Source: Eledone cirrhosa
Taxonomy: Eukaryota
Assembly (NCBI GenBank): GCA_964016885.1
Contig: CAXHJY010000437.1
Span: 124,001-188,000, forward strand
Reading direction: 5' to 3'
Length of the DNA stretch: 64,000 nt
A model generated the notes under the pieces. That model ran no database searches, was not told the origin of the DNA, and saw nothing but the letters and a program-made list of their open reading frames with translations. Made by a program: the position numbers and the translations under genes. This document shows positions 40,699 through 54,900 of the stretch, one piece after another. The stretch's first letter is position 1; each line of letters opens with the position of its first letter.

Positions 40699-43358
40699 CA
40701 TCATCATCATCATCATCATCATCAACGTTTAACGTCCGTGTTCCACGCTTGCATGGGTTTGGACGGGGGTAGTCCCACTTGAGGCAAGAGTGATTGTCTT
40801 GCTCGCATAGGACTGTCTGGCAGGTTTTCTACAGTTGGATGCCCTTCCTAACACCAACCACATTTACAGTGTGGGTCTGGGAGGTTTTTACCGTGTTGCC
40901 TACACGGCCACATTACAGCGTGGACTGTGTGTTTTTTTGTCGTGACACCTACACGATCTCATTTGTTTCGGCCTCGATGGCGCGGCACCAACATAACTTT
41001 ACATAGAACGGGGTGGTGTGGATCGGGTGGGGGTGGTGGGACGGGGTGTATTTTGTTAGAGATGCCTACTGGCTGGAGTAGGTTTTACTATATATTTAGG
41101 TAAGGCGGGTCTTCTCTGTTACTGAGTACCGCCAAAGGTCTCGGTCCAGTGACATTGTCTTGGAGAGGTGTAAGTGTGTGATGTCGGAGTTTATCAGCTC
41201 GTCCCAGGTTTTTCTAGGTCTGCCTATTCCGTGACTACCGTCTATCTTTATTGCCCTGCACTTTGTTATACAGCTATCGACTTTCATGCGCATCACGTGT
41301 CCATACCAACGTAGCCTTCTCTCGAGTAAACAACATCTGATCCCTCTTATCTCTAATTTATTCCTTAGTTCGTTTATGCTTTGCCGTTCACGTATATTAC
41401 TGTTACACATCCAGCGGAGCATGCAAGCTTCGTTCCTCTCTAGTCTGCGTATATCCTCTGCACACAATGCCCAGGTCTCACTGCCATGCAGCATTGCTGT
41501 TCGTATGCAGGCATCGTACAACCTGCCTTTCATTTTTAGTGAGAACCCTTTAGCAGCTAATAGTGGTATAAGCTCTCTGAACTTTTTCCAACCAGTTCTG
41601 ACTCTAGCTACAGTACTTTCAGAGCACCCTCCCCCACTGCTGATTTTATCGCCCAGGTAACGGAAGCTGTCCACTATTTCTATAGAACCCTCTGCGCAAT
41701 TGAAAGAGCTAGTAGTTTGTGGGCACTTGCTGCTACTTATTGCACCAGAGCACCGGCCACATGTAAAATCTATGTTCTTAGTTAGCCTACCTGTGATCCC
41801 ACTACATCTTTTATGCACCCATACTTTGCATTTAGGACATAAAATGGAGTTTCTACCTACGCCTTTCCTACACACCGAGCACGACCATTTCCCAGAAGGG
41901 ACCGCCGCCTTGTTTTCTTTCCTACAAACTAGTACTTTGGTCTTAGCCAGGTTAATTTTAAGTCCTTTTGACTCTAGGCCGTGCTTCCATGTTTGGAATT
42001 TCTTCTCTAGCTCGGCCATTGATTCCGCTATGAGTGTCAGGTCGTCTGCGTATAGGAGTTCCCATGGGCAGCCTGTCTTGAACTCCTCTGTTATGGCCTG
42101 AAGGGCAATAATAAATAGTAGTGGACTGAGAACAGAGCCCTGATGGACGCCGACTTTTACGCTAAACTCTTCACTATATTCGTTGTTAATTCTAACCTTG
42201 CTGACTGTTTCTTTATACATGGCTTGTATAGCCCTCACAAGCCATTCGTCAACGCCTAGTTTTCTAAGAGCCCACCAGATAATGGAGCGGGGGACTCTGT
42301 CGAAGGCTTTCTCCAAGTCGACAAAAGCTAAGTAGAGGGGTTTACCTTTAGCTAGGTACTTCTCTTGTAGTTGTCGTACTATGAAAAGAGCGTCTGTGGT
42401 ACTTTTGCCTGACACAAACCCGAACTGCATTTCATCTAGGTCAATTCTCTCTCTGATTAGTTGCGCTATTACTCTTTCCGTGACCTTCATGACCTGGTCG
42501 ATTAATTTAATGCCTCTATAGTTACTCCTATCTAGGGCGTCTCCTTTACCCTTATAACAGTTAACGATGATGCTGCTATGCCAGTCCTTCGGAACAACCC
42601 CGTTCTGTACGACTTGGTTAACTATGCGGGTGACCATGGTGTGTCCCACCGTGCCAGATGCCTTCAGCATCTCAGCAACTATTTCCGAAGGCCCAGCCGC
42701 CTTACCAGTCTTCATATCCTTGATTGCCTTACTTATTATACTCCCCTCGACTAACACTGCTGGTCCCTCTATTGGGTCGATATGGGGGAGACTGCCTTTC
42801 TCCCAATTATTCTCCTCATTTAGAAGCCTTTCATAGTGACACTTCCAAGCTACCTTCTTATCAGCGTCGGTGATGGCAAGTGTGCCATCGTCGTTTAGTA
42901 CACACTTCTCCCCGACAATATCACGGTTTTCCTTGACGCATTGCCTAGCAATCCTGAACACCTCACGTTTTTGGTCATCGCGTTGTAGAACATGCTTGAA
43001 CTTTCTTTCCTCAGCTTCCCTTCTTGCTAAGTACACTTGTCTCCTAGCTTCCCTCCTGGCCACTTGATAGTCCTCTCTACTTCCCCCATCCCGCCATACT
43101 TTCCAAGCCTGCTTTTTGGCCTTAATTGACCCCTCCACCTTACTGTTCCACCACCATGTTACTCTCCTCCTGCCTACAGGCCTGCTCCAGCCACAGACCT
43201 CGTCTGTCGCCAACAGCAGGTTTGCTTTCAGAAATTCCCACTCTCCCTCTATATTGTCCGACTCTAAATGTTCTTCCTTACTGTCGAAAGCATCAAGTAA
43301 TATGCTTTGAAATTTATTCCTGGCTGTGGGGTCCTTTAGCTTCCATATTTTCCTCCTA
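40699..43358 (-). mobile_element. RTE LINE, 5'-truncated just after APE; uninterrupted 755-aa ORF (41096-43363)
   Basis: TWWWN linker, full RT motifs, PHD-like insert, RRLRWYGHV/GRPRKTW C-terminus, 3'UTR, (CAT)n. Confidence 0.97.
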
Positions 43359-45017
43359 TGCATAGTTATATATGTGTTTGCATGTGCTTGTGTGAAGATG
43401 CTTAGCTTAGTGGATATGGTGTTCAGCTCATGATTGTAGCGTCATGAGTACAATTCACAGCAGTACATTTTGTCCTTGAGCAAGACTCTTTATTTCCCAA
43501 TGCTTCAGTCCACTTGGCTTGCAAAAATGAATTGTACCTGGAATTCAAAACATCAGCCTCCTTAATTGACACTGAACTCTCTGTTGAACTATATTAAAAT
43601 TGCACAAGTTAAATACATGGACAGGCTAACCTGTTGTTCAAACAACTGGAAAACTTGTTGTTGTAACTGACAGAAGTATAACAACAACAGACACACACAT
43701 ATAGACATATATATATATGTAGCTTTTCACTCACCCAGGGATGCAAAACCTTGGTCTTCTCATCATTGTTGTATCCTGGAGTCACTTGGTGTTTTGGGTT
43801 TGACAACATACACTCTCCTCCAGGTAACTCAACTGAAGTAGATCAAGCCCCAATCTGTGTCTGTGTCATACACACTACTGACCCCACTGGTCAGCCATAG
43901 CCATCTAGATACACTCTCTGCTACTTCCACATCGTTTTTGCTGGCTATTCTGTATGTTTTCTTCTACAGGGAACAAGTTGTGAAGCCTTGGCTGCCACCC
44001 TCCACAGGCATGCACCTGGTCCTTCACCTGTTTCTGCAGTAGTCTTCCACCCATTCCAGTGGCTGTCTTCCCCCAACTCCTCTTACTTTGTTCCCTTCCT
44101 CTCCTGTACCTCCTCTACCATTTCTTCCCTGGCATGTATGTATTTATTTGCGTATGCATATATATATATATATATATATATAAATCAGGATGGATTCAGT
44201 TTAAAACTGGTTAGACCATTACTCACCAGAGTACTCGATACTTGGGGAAGTAGAGTATGGTTATATTATAAAGAGTTGGGACCCTGACGACTGAGTTCTT
44301 GCTGTTTCAACACCTAGTTCCAGATGTCTGGAACTAGGTGTTGAAATACAAGCGAGACACAGTCACCCAACCAAACTTGCCTCAAATGAGACAAACCCCT
44401 CTAACCCATGCTAGCATGGAAGATAGACATTAAATGATAATGATATATATATATATATATAAATGCATATGTTTCTTAGTTGTTTAGTTTCCTTTAGCCA
44501 TCACAGCAATGACTATGCTGGACCATACATTGTCTTCAGATTTGAATGTTCTGTCTTTTGGGTAGTCACTGTGTATGTCCATGGATCTGATATTTTGTTT
44601 ATTATGTAGCTTCTATAGATTGTGAATCAATTCATTAGTGAGGACTACTCTGCTTTGATTGTAGCTTTTGTAGATTGTTGATCTAATATGTTAGAGAGAA
44701 ATACATCAAGATATGTTTGAGAGACTCAGAGAAAAGTGTGGTCAGGTTTTATAGTTCTTTTGGAAAAGAGTTATATAACTGAGGATCTATAAACACCAAA
44801 TTGTTGTAAATATTCTTGATGGGAGAGTTTGAAGAAGGGAGTGTTGTAAACTGACAACACTTTTCATTTTTTTCTTTTTATATGCTACATACATCATATA
44901 TATGTGTGTGTGTATTTTGTATATCTAATAATATATGGTATGTTTACAAATAAACATTTGAAAGCCTTTAGCTATGAATTTTGAAAGCTTATGCCGTAGT
45001 GCCATCTAACACATTCT

Positions 45018-45200
45018 GGTGGCAGTATCGGTAGAGGGTCGGATGCTATGCTTTCCAGCATAGTTACGTCTCTTAACGATCTGAGTTCAAATCCCGCCGA
45101 GGTTGACTTTGCCTTTCATCCTTATGGGGTCGATAAAATAAAGTACCAGTAATGCACTGGGGTTTTTCTGGCCTTGTGCCTAAAGTAGAAACAATTATCA
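45018..45200 (+). mobile_element. SINE family B
   Basis: A/B boxes and central block. Confidence 0.88.
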
Positions 45201-45793
45201 AGGCAGTGCTTCCTTTACTTCGCTTTCTGCTGGAATTCAATATAGGCAAAAACATATAGTTTTGATGCCTATTAAATGGACTGATGAGTCTCATTTACAT
45301 ATGGATGTTTGTGTATATATATATATGTGTGTGTGTGTCTGTCTGTCCGTATTTATTTATCTATTTTCACATGACTTTACATTGACACCACAAATGCAGT
45401 TCGTTTATGTCCTGTCACTTTGTAGTTCAAACGGAGTGGGAAAATACCATACTTCAAAAATTAGGCTGTTGTCAAGAAGGATATTTTGTCATAAAATAAT
45501 ATTGTCAAAAAACCTCATGTAGCACATGTCAGCATAGGAAAGTGGATATAAAAATATATTGAATGCTAAACACCATAAATCTTTAAATTATTAAAACTTC
45601 TCTCTGAGTCAGAGAGAAAAATAAAAATCTAACAGCAATTATGTATTTATTATATATCATCATCATCATCATTTTTATATCAATTTTTCCATACTGGCAT
45701 GAGTTGGATGATACTGGTTTGAGGCAGAATTCTACATTTATAATGTTAACCCTTACTTAGCTTTTTTAAGTAAGGTACTGATGTTCCCACAGT

Positions 45794-48094
45794 GAAGCAG
45801 AGGAAAGAAAGTTCAAGCATGTTCTACAACGCGAGGACCAAAAACGTGAGGTGTTCAGGATTGCTAGGCAATGTGTCAAGGAAAACCGTGATATTGTCGG
45901 GGAGAAGTGTGTCCTTAATGATGATGGTGTACTTGCCATCACTGACGCTGATAAGAAGGTAGCTTGGAAGTGTCACTACGAAAGTCTACTAAATGAGGAG
46001 AATAAATGGGAGAAAGACAGTCTCCCCCACATCGATCCAATAGAGGGACTAGCAGTGTTAGTCGAAGGTAGTATAATAAGTAAGGCAATCAAAGATATGA
46101 AGGCGGGTAAGGCGGCTGGGCCTTCGGAAATAGTTGCTGAAATGCTGAAAGCTTCTGGAACGGTGGGACACACCATAGTCACCCGGAGAGTAAACCAAGT
46201 CATACAGAATGGGGTTGTTCCGAAGGACTGGCGTAGCAGCATCATCATTAACTGCTACAAGGGTAAAGGAGATGCCCTAGATAGGGGTAACTATAGAGGC
46301 ATTAAATAAATCGACCAGATCATGAAGGTCACAGAAAAAGTAATAGCGCAACTAATCAGAGAACGAATTGATCTAGATGAAATGCAGTTCGGGTTTGTGT
46401 CAGGTAAAAGTACCACAGACGTTCTTTTCATTGTACGACAACTACAGGAGAAGTACCTAGCTAAAAGTAAACCCCTATACTTAGCTTTTGTTGACTTGGA
46501 GAAAGCCTTTGACAGAGGCCCCCGCTCCATTAACTGGTGGGCTCTTAGAAAACTAGGTGCTGATGAATGGCTTGTGAGAGCTATACAAGCCATGTATAAA
46601 GAGACAGTCAGCAAGGTTAGAATTAACAACGAATATAGTGAAGAATTTAGCGTAAAAGTTGGTGTTCATCAGGGCTCCGTTCTTAGCCCCCTACTATTTA
46701 TTATTGCCCTTCAGGCTATAACAGAGGAGTTCAAGACCGGCTGCCCATGGGCACTCCTATATGCAGATGATCTAACGCTCATAGCTGAATCAATGGCTGA
46801 ACTAGAGAAAAAATTCCAAACATGGAAGCATGGCCTAGAATCAAAAGGCCTTAAAGTTAACTTGCCTAAGACTAAAGTTCTAGTTTGTAGAAAGGAAAAT
46901 AAGGCACCAGTCCCATCTGGGAAATGCCCATGCTCAGTGTGTAGGAAAGGAGTAGGCAGAAACTCCATTTTATGTCCCAAATGCAAAGTATGGGTGCATA
47001 AAAGGTGTAGTGGGATCACAGGTAAGCTAATTAAGAATATATATTTTATATGTACCGATGCTCTGGTGCAATAAGTAGCAGCAAGTGCCCACAAAATACT
47101 AGCTCATTCCATTGCACAGATGGTTCTATAGAAATAGTGGACACCTTCCGTTACCTGGGTGACAAAATCAGCAGTGGGGGAGGGTGCTCTGAAAGTACAG
47201 TAGCTAGAGTCAGAACTGGATGGAAAAAGTTCAGAGAGCTTATACCACTATTGGCCGCTAAAGAGTTCTCTCTAAAAATGAAAGGCAGGCTGTATGATGC
47301 CTGCATTCGAACAGCAATGTTACATGGCAGTGAGACCTGGGCATTGTGTGCAGAGGATATACGCAGACTAGAGAGGAACGAAGCTTGCATGCTCCGCTGG
47401 ATGTGTAATAGTAATATACGTGAACGGCAAAGCATTAACGAACTAAGGGAAAAATTAGAAATAAGAGGGATCAGATGTTGTTTACTCGAGAGAAGGCTAT
47501 GGTATGGTCACATGATGCGCATGAAAGACAACAGCTGTATAAAAAAGTGCAGGGCAATAAAGATAGACGGTAGCCACGGAGTAGGCAGACCCAGAAAAAC
47601 CTGGGACGACTTGATAAATTCCGACCTCACACACTTACACCTCTCCAAGACAATGTCACTGGACCAAGATCTTTGGCGTTACACTGTAATACAGAAGACC
47701 TGCCTTGCCTAAGTACAAAGCGATACCTACAGTCAGTAGGCACCTCTAACAAAAATACACCCTGTCCCACTACCCCCACCCCATCCATACCACCCCTTTA
47801 AATGTGAAGTTATGTTGGTACCACAACATCCAGTCCAAAACAAATGAGGTCGTGTAGGTGTCACAACAAAAAAACACATAGTCCACACTGTAATCTGACC
47901 ATGTAGGTAACACGGTAAAAACCTCCCAGTCCACACTGTAAATGTGGTTGGTGTCAGGAAGGGCATCCAGCTATAGAAAACCTGCCAGACAGTCCTATAC
48001 GAGCAGGACAACCAATTTTGCCTCAAGTGGGAAATCTCCCGTCCAAACCCATGCAAGCGTGGAAGATGGACGTTAAACGATGATGATGATGATG
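45794..48094 (+). mobile_element. RTE LINE, 5'-truncated, with stop and frameshift
   Basis: ORFs 45851-46309, 46322-47074, 47050-47712 collinear with the 755-aa ORF. Confidence 0.96.
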
Positions 48095-48816
48095 ACACAT
48101 ATAACCACTGAGCTGTGGGACTTGTGTTTTTGTGGTAGATAAACAAACATCACCGCCTGTACTAGAGACGCCAAATGCAAAGCAAGAAAACTATAAAAGA
48201 AAAAGGCAAACACCCACCTGTAGGCACACATAGATGCATTTATAGATTACTTCAGTCATAAGACCTTAATCAACCTGAGGTTACAGTAGAAAAGACTTGT
48301 CTATGGTATCACACAGTGGGATAGAACTCAAAACAATGTAGTTGTGAAACAAAACTTTAAGCTCACAGCCATGTTTTTGTCCACACAGACATTGTCTGTG
48401 CCTAAACAGCCATCTTGTACTTTACACAGCCATGTGTGCACCACACAGCCATGCCTACATTTGTAGATATATCTATATATCTCCATATATACATTTACAT
48501 ATGTGTGTATGCATATGTATGTATGCATGTATGAGTGCATACATACATTCACGCAAATACACATTTCAGCATTGATAAGAAGTATTCTACTGACACTGAG
48601 AATGAAATCTTTACATTCTTAATCTCTAATTGGTAACCATTTATTTATTTTTTTAATCTTCTCTTTCATATTTATTGTTCTCTATCTCATGTTTTATTTT
48701 ATTTTTCAATTTTTGTTCATACATTTATATACAAAGTCATCTTCTGTATTAAGTGTATTAAGTTCTATGATGAAATAAAATCATAACATAAAGAATGAAA
48801 TGCAGTGTGCAAAAGC

Positions 48817-48849
<33 letters not shown>

Positions 48850-49173
48850 ACTTACATTGTTGTTGTTGTTGTATAGGACATTGGAGTAGCAAAAAAAGTA
48901 GCACATTTGGCTAATTTTCTTTTAGTATTTTTGTTGCCTCTGTCTGAGTTCAAATTGCAATGGAGATATCTTTTCCATTTATTCCTCTGTGATCAATGGA
49001 ATATTTGCCAGTAAATTGCTAAGGTAATTCAACGATTAACACACTACCTCCAAATGTATGACCTTGTGCCAAAGTTAGACATCATTATTGGAGAGATATA
49101 ACTTAGAGTATTCACAATTTCGACTGATTTGCCACACAGATCACAAACTTGTCATCTCCATAGTCAGCCCAGA

Positions 49174-49770
49174 TACGATGGTTGGCTAAAAAGTTCATAG
49201 GTTGAATAAGATACTATTATGGAATGTAACTAAATGATATTTATTTTTCAACATAGTCCCCCTTTGCAGTTCCCACACTTCTTCTAAAGATGTTGAAGTG
49301 TTTGAATCCCATTGGCGAAGAAGCTTTCATCCTGTTGGTAAAAAAAAAGTCATTAACAGCAGATATGGCATCATCATCATCACTACAATACTGGTTCCGT
49401 GTGTTTTTTTTCATTTTGGGGAACAGATGATAGTCAGATGGGACTGAATCAGGAGAATAGGGAGGGAGATCAACCAGTTCAAAGCTAGAGTCCTGCTCAG
49501 CAGCCGTTGAAACCAAGGACTTGTGTGCTGGAGCACTGTCCAGATGAAACAAGACTCCTTTCATCAGTTTTCTTGTGCGTTTGGTCTTGATAGACTTTTG
49601 TAACTGCCTCAGCACGGTGATATAGTGTTTTTCATTGATGATGTGACCTTTTGAAGATAGTAAATAAACATAATGCCTTTTGCATCCCCAAAAACTTGTT
49701 TGTTTCAAACCTCCAGGAGGATAGGGTTGGAATGAGGTTACAAGTAATGCAGCCAGTTTCACCCAGAAAT
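49174..49770 (-). mobile_element. Mariner transposase remnant
   Basis: LFHLDSAPAHKS and PPYSPDSVPSDYHLFPKMK (HDNA / YSPDLAPSD motifs); TA-CGATGGTTGGCTAAAAAGTT TIR-like end at 49174. Confidence 0.85.
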
Positions 49771-50074
49771 GACCTATCAGGAAGCTATGTCTGAAAGGTC
49801 AGTAGAGGTGGAAAATGTATACATCACCTCCATTATTTATTACAGTCTGATCATTGTGCTTTGTCCCTGCATTTATTTGGCTAGGCTGGAGTATCTGCTC
49901 TTTCACTTTGTGTGGAAAGAAATGAGGGTTACTAACCAGAAAGTCCCACTACTGCTTCTATGTGGCAGGCCCAGTATGCTATGGTTAAGAATGCACAGAA
50001 ATGCTAAGTCTATAGATCAGAGTCATGGCAGTATTGAACAGAATACTTTGTGTTGTTTGTGCCCGCACTTTACT

Positions 50075-50400
50075 TTCTGAATTCAAATCCTGCTGAGCTC
50101 AACTTTGCCTTTCATCCTTCCAGAATCGATAAAATAAAATATCAAGCAGGTACTGGTTTTTATTTATTCTTCATCCCCTCCATGTCAATGCAGAATCGGT
50201 ACAGCGTCGGACACCCTGCTTTGCAGCATAGTTACTTCCCTTTATGTTCTAGGTTCAAATCCTGCTGAGGTTAGCTTTGCCTTTCATCCTTACGGGGTTG
50301 ATAAAATAAAGTACCAGTAATGCACTGGGTTGATTTCATTGACATTTCCCTTCCCAAAAATTGTTAGCCTTTTGCTTAAATTAGAAACCATTTTTATTAT
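50075..50400 (+). mobile_element. Two SINE family B copies
   Basis: B box plus central block twice. Confidence 0.8.
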
Positions 50401-51230
50401 CGTTCTCAATATTATTATAGCAGTTGCATAAGAAGAGTATTAAAGGGGCTGAAATGGTAGTGTGCCAAACTAAATACCTTGTGATATAGAATTACATCAC
50501 TTTACATTTCTATGTTCAATAACCACTAGGGTTCACAAACAATGTACAGACAACAATATGACTGAGGGGAAACATCCCAGTGGATACCAAATACAGTCAA
50601 ATCTGATATATGTAATATATAATATATTAGACAGTTGAGATTATCTTCAGGTGTTTGAAATAAGAAGAAATCAAGCAAGGGAGATAACTCCAATAACATC
50701 AGTTGGGCAACATAGACATATGTATATATATATATATATTGTCAAGAATCTCGGGCAACTGTTCTAATTGCAGTTACCCTTTTGTATGTTTTTAGATTTT
50801 AAACATCTTCTAGAGGGAGTTCCTGTCGACTAATTACTTGGAACATCTTAGTTGATTGATGCTTTTCAACTCACTATATTTTGTATGTAAGAGCCTACCA
50901 TATTAATCTACAGAGGTTGATTAAATAAGTTGCACTGCTACTCTACAGTTTTGTGGAATGGTGCCATGCTTATACAATCCATCATAATTATTAGTGTTAT
51001 TATTAAAAGCAATGGAGTGTAGAAATGGTAGAATCTTGGACTAAATTACCTCTCGTATTTAGCTATGTCTTTTTCCAAACTGAAGTTCAAATAGCATCAA
51101 TATCCAATCTGCCTTTTGTCCTATTGTTATATGGAGTTTGATACAACCAACTACATGCAACCTTCTGAAATATGCATGGCTTTGTGCCAATGTAAATAAT
51201 TCATATTATTACTATTATCATTATTATTAC

Positions 51231-51273
<43 letters not shown>

Positions 51274-51344
51274 GATGAGTTTTGGAGGAAGGTGGCCATC
51301 AGCCAATCTCAGAAATTATGATTATTATTAGAGCAGGCAATATA

Positions 51345-51960
51345 TTCTGAGTTTAAATCTTGTTGAGCCCAACTTTGCCTTTAAGTTTTCCAAAGTCAAT
51401 AAAATAAAGTACCAGTTAAGTACTTGGGTCAATGTAATTGACTTTTCCCTTCCTCCAAATTGCTGGCTTTGTGCCAATGTTAGAAGGAATTATTAGAGCC
51501 ATAAGTGGCAGAGTTGTTAAAGCATTGGAAAAAGTGGTATGTGGCATTTGACGCAGCTTTTTATGTTCTGAGTTCAATATAACAGTGAGTTCAACTTTGT
51601 CTTTCATTCTTCTGGAGTAAATAAAATAAATACCAGTAACACACTGGAGTCAATTTAATCGACTTTCCCCTCCCCTCCAAATTGCTGGCCTTGTGCCTAA
51701 ATGAGAAGTCATTATTATTATTGTTGTTAGGGCGGTGGAATGGCAGTATCGGCAGAGCGTCAGACACCATGCTTTGCAGCATAAAGTTACAGCCCTTTAC
51801 GTTCTGAGTTCAAATCTTGCCGAGGTTAACTTTGCCTTTCATCCTTATGGATGAAAAAGATAAAGTGCCAGTCATGCACTGGGATCAATTTAATTGACTA
51901 TCTCCCCCCCTTCAAATTGCCAGCCTTGTGCCTAAATCAGAAGCCATTATTATTATTGTT
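51345..51960 (+). mobile_element. Three head-to-tail SINE family B/B-like copies
   Basis: GAGTT(T/C)AA..AACTTTG(C/T)CTTT..AAAT(A)AA..CCAGT..CCTTGTGCC repeated three times. Confidence 0.82.
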
Positions 51961-52505
51961 GTCATTGTTGCTATTATATTTTGCTAGCTATTTTTTAAAT
52001 GTTCTTTATATTTATTTTTTTATATGGCATTTTCTGAACATTGCATGTTACAGGTCTCCAGTACTCTAGCAAACACTGGCTCACTGCATTTACAATAACA
52101 ACAAGAGATTGTCTGGGCACATTGGTTAGAACAGATATCACAATATCACAAGATATTTTTGTTTCAAAGCAACAGTTTAGCAGCTTTTATCATCAATATT
52201 CACATCTTTTGCCAATAAACATCAGCAAAAATTATACATATTCACACGCACACACATACGTGCACACACATGACACACATGACACACATTTATGATGAGT
52301 GTCTGTTCAGTTTCTGTTTTAGTCACAAAATATTGGTCAACTACTTGAGAATGTTGTATAAGACAGAGGAATTGAACTCACAACTACATGGTTGCAAAGC
52401 AGAATTCTTAACCATAACCACACAGTCATGCTTAACCATGTCAATAATGATTGTGAGAAAAAGTTGGTGGAGGAATAGGAGGAGGGTATTCAGGCTTTTG
52501 CTTAA

Positions 52506-52721
52506 CCCTTTCGCATTTAAACCGGTTGTATCCAGCCAGAATTATCTCTTTCTGTTCAAACCAGCCATAACCAGCTGCTTATACTGATGTTAAGGTATTG
52601 TTTTCAAAATATGTAATATCAAAATCTCGTAGATTCAATATTATGTGAGATAATTATGTGAGGTAAAGGTTTTACCATGAAAATATAATAGTAAATATAG
52701 AGTAATGTAAATGCTAAAGGG
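52506..52721. mobile_element. piggyBac-type MITE
   Basis: TTAA on both sides (52502-05, 52722-25); 14-bp TIR CCCTTT(C/A)GCATTTA with 1 mismatch. Confidence 0.8.
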
Positions 52722-53141
52722 TTAAGTAAAACAAAAAAGAAAAATTATCCTATTATGATGGTAAAGGCATGAAACCAAGAAAGATTGAATGAAATATCTT
52801 CTATTTTTATGTATTGACTTAACAAAAACAATTGGGCTATGCAATATTTTTGGCCTTAATAACAATTATGCACCAGTAATACTCTGGGCCCTTCTTCCCC
52901 CATAACAAAAATCGACTGTCTTTTTTTTTGTTGATTTTTTTGGCTGCAATTCTTTCTTAGAAATTGCTAATCATATATTTTTATTGGAATTCACAAAATA
53001 TTGGTACAGATGGGATAGAAATAAATTGCAATTGTTTATAGAAGTTATTACTAGAATAAATCTTAGAATATATTGTAGCAACATGGCAAAAATACCTGAA
53101 TGAATGCCATTAATTTTATCACTTTTTCTTTTTTCCTTTAT

Positions 53142-53153
53142 TTCTCTCTTTCT

Positions 53154-53185
<32 letters not shown>

Positions 53186-53198
53186 ATCTCTCTCTCTT

Positions 53199-53276
<78 letters not shown>
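53142..53276. repeat. (CT)n microsatellite
   Basis: Directly visible. Confidence 0.97.
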
Positions 53277-53280
<4 letters not shown>

Positions 53281-53626
53281 TATTCCACCAACTCTTCTTC
53301 CAGTCTTTATCATTTTCTTTTCCTCCCTCTCCCTTTCATCCTCTCTCCTTCTTTTGTATTAAACTGATACTAAGTAATATCTTTTCTACAGTTGAGTACC
53401 TAATGTGTGTATGTGTATGTGTGTGTTCATGCATATATATGTGTGTCTGCATTATATATATATATAGAAAGAGAGAAAGATATGTAAAACTCCAACCATA
53501 GCAAACGGTTGCAGCTTGGCACAGCAGTTGGAATTTTACCTATCTCTATACTCACTCAGCATGCCCCCTCCCCCATCCATTGAGTACTCCCATGATTAGT
53601 GGTCTCCCTAGACTCACCACCGCAGG

Positions 53627-53687
<61 letters not shown>

Positions 53688-54284
53688 GCGCACACACATA
53701 TTTCTCTCCATCCATCTATCTATTTAATATCTCAATTTCTCCATCTATCAATCTTTTTTCTCCCTCTCTTAGTTCTCAATACTGTCCTACCTATCAACTT
53801 CTCATCAAGCCTCAGGCTCATTCTTTTGAAATTTGACCACTAACTTGCTCAGTTCACTCCATTATGCCTCTTGTCTATAAATATTAGTCCCAGGTCCAGG
53901 GCAATTGCTTGAACTAACTTATATTAATTTCTTTAATTCTATTATGGTTACCTACCCACATTTGATTGTAATAATTATCCTGCCCCATATCAGTATGTAG
54001 ATATTTTGTCTTGTTTTTTGTTTGACCAACATCCTTTGAGTTTTCATCCCGAATAGCCGATGAACGGGACTTATCATTCCCCAAAAATAGCCGATGAACG
54101 GGACTTATCCATGTGCTTGTCTATTCCAAGTTTTCTGTTTCCTTTATTGGTCTCACATATTTTTTTAATGATACTATACATATATATATATATATATAGT
54201 ATCATTAAAAAAATATGCGAGACGAATATGGAAAAATGGGTGTTAAACGATGATGATGATACATATATATATATATATATCATA

Positions 54285-54900
54285 ATCATCGTTTAACACC
54301 CATTTTTCCATGCTAGCATGGGTTAGACGAGTTGTCCTGTTGTGAGCAATGCCAGGTTAGGTGACCATGTTTTGCTTGTACAGAACTGATGTTAGCTTGG
54401 TTTCTACAGCTGGATGCCCTTCTTAACGCCAACCTCAATTACAGTGAATACTGGGTGTTTTTTGTCATGACACCTACATGACCACTTTACAGTGTGGACT
54501 GAGTGCTTTTTGTTGTGACATTTGCACTTATACTTACCAGTGTGGGCTGGGAGCTTTTTGCCGTGTTGCTATCACAACATCTTTACACTGAGCTGAAGGC
54601 TTCACTAGATGTATGCTCCAACCTGTCTTCATGGGAGATGTATGGGAGGGTGGGGTGGGATGGTGCATACTATATATATGCTTCAGCTTCAGCCTGTGCC
54701 TGTGGGAAGATGGGTCTTCTATAATACTGCATAACACCAGAGATCTCAGTCCTGTGTCATCATCATTGAGAGGTGCAATTGGACAAGGTTAGCTTTTATC
54801 ACCTCATCCTCAGTCTTTCTGGATTTCCCCACTTCAAGGTTTCCATTGACTTTGAGCACTCTGCACCATTTTATAAAGCTGTCATCCTTTATACACATCA
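54285..54900 (-). mobile_element. Older RTE subfamily B 3' fragment
   Basis: Homologous to 60702-61220. Confidence 0.8.

Noticed and set aside
54052-54110. Direct repeat AATAGCCGATGAACGGGACTTATC as hammerhead or CRISPR-like unit
   Set aside because: Only two copies, no GAAA/UH; eukaryotic context with no cas genes
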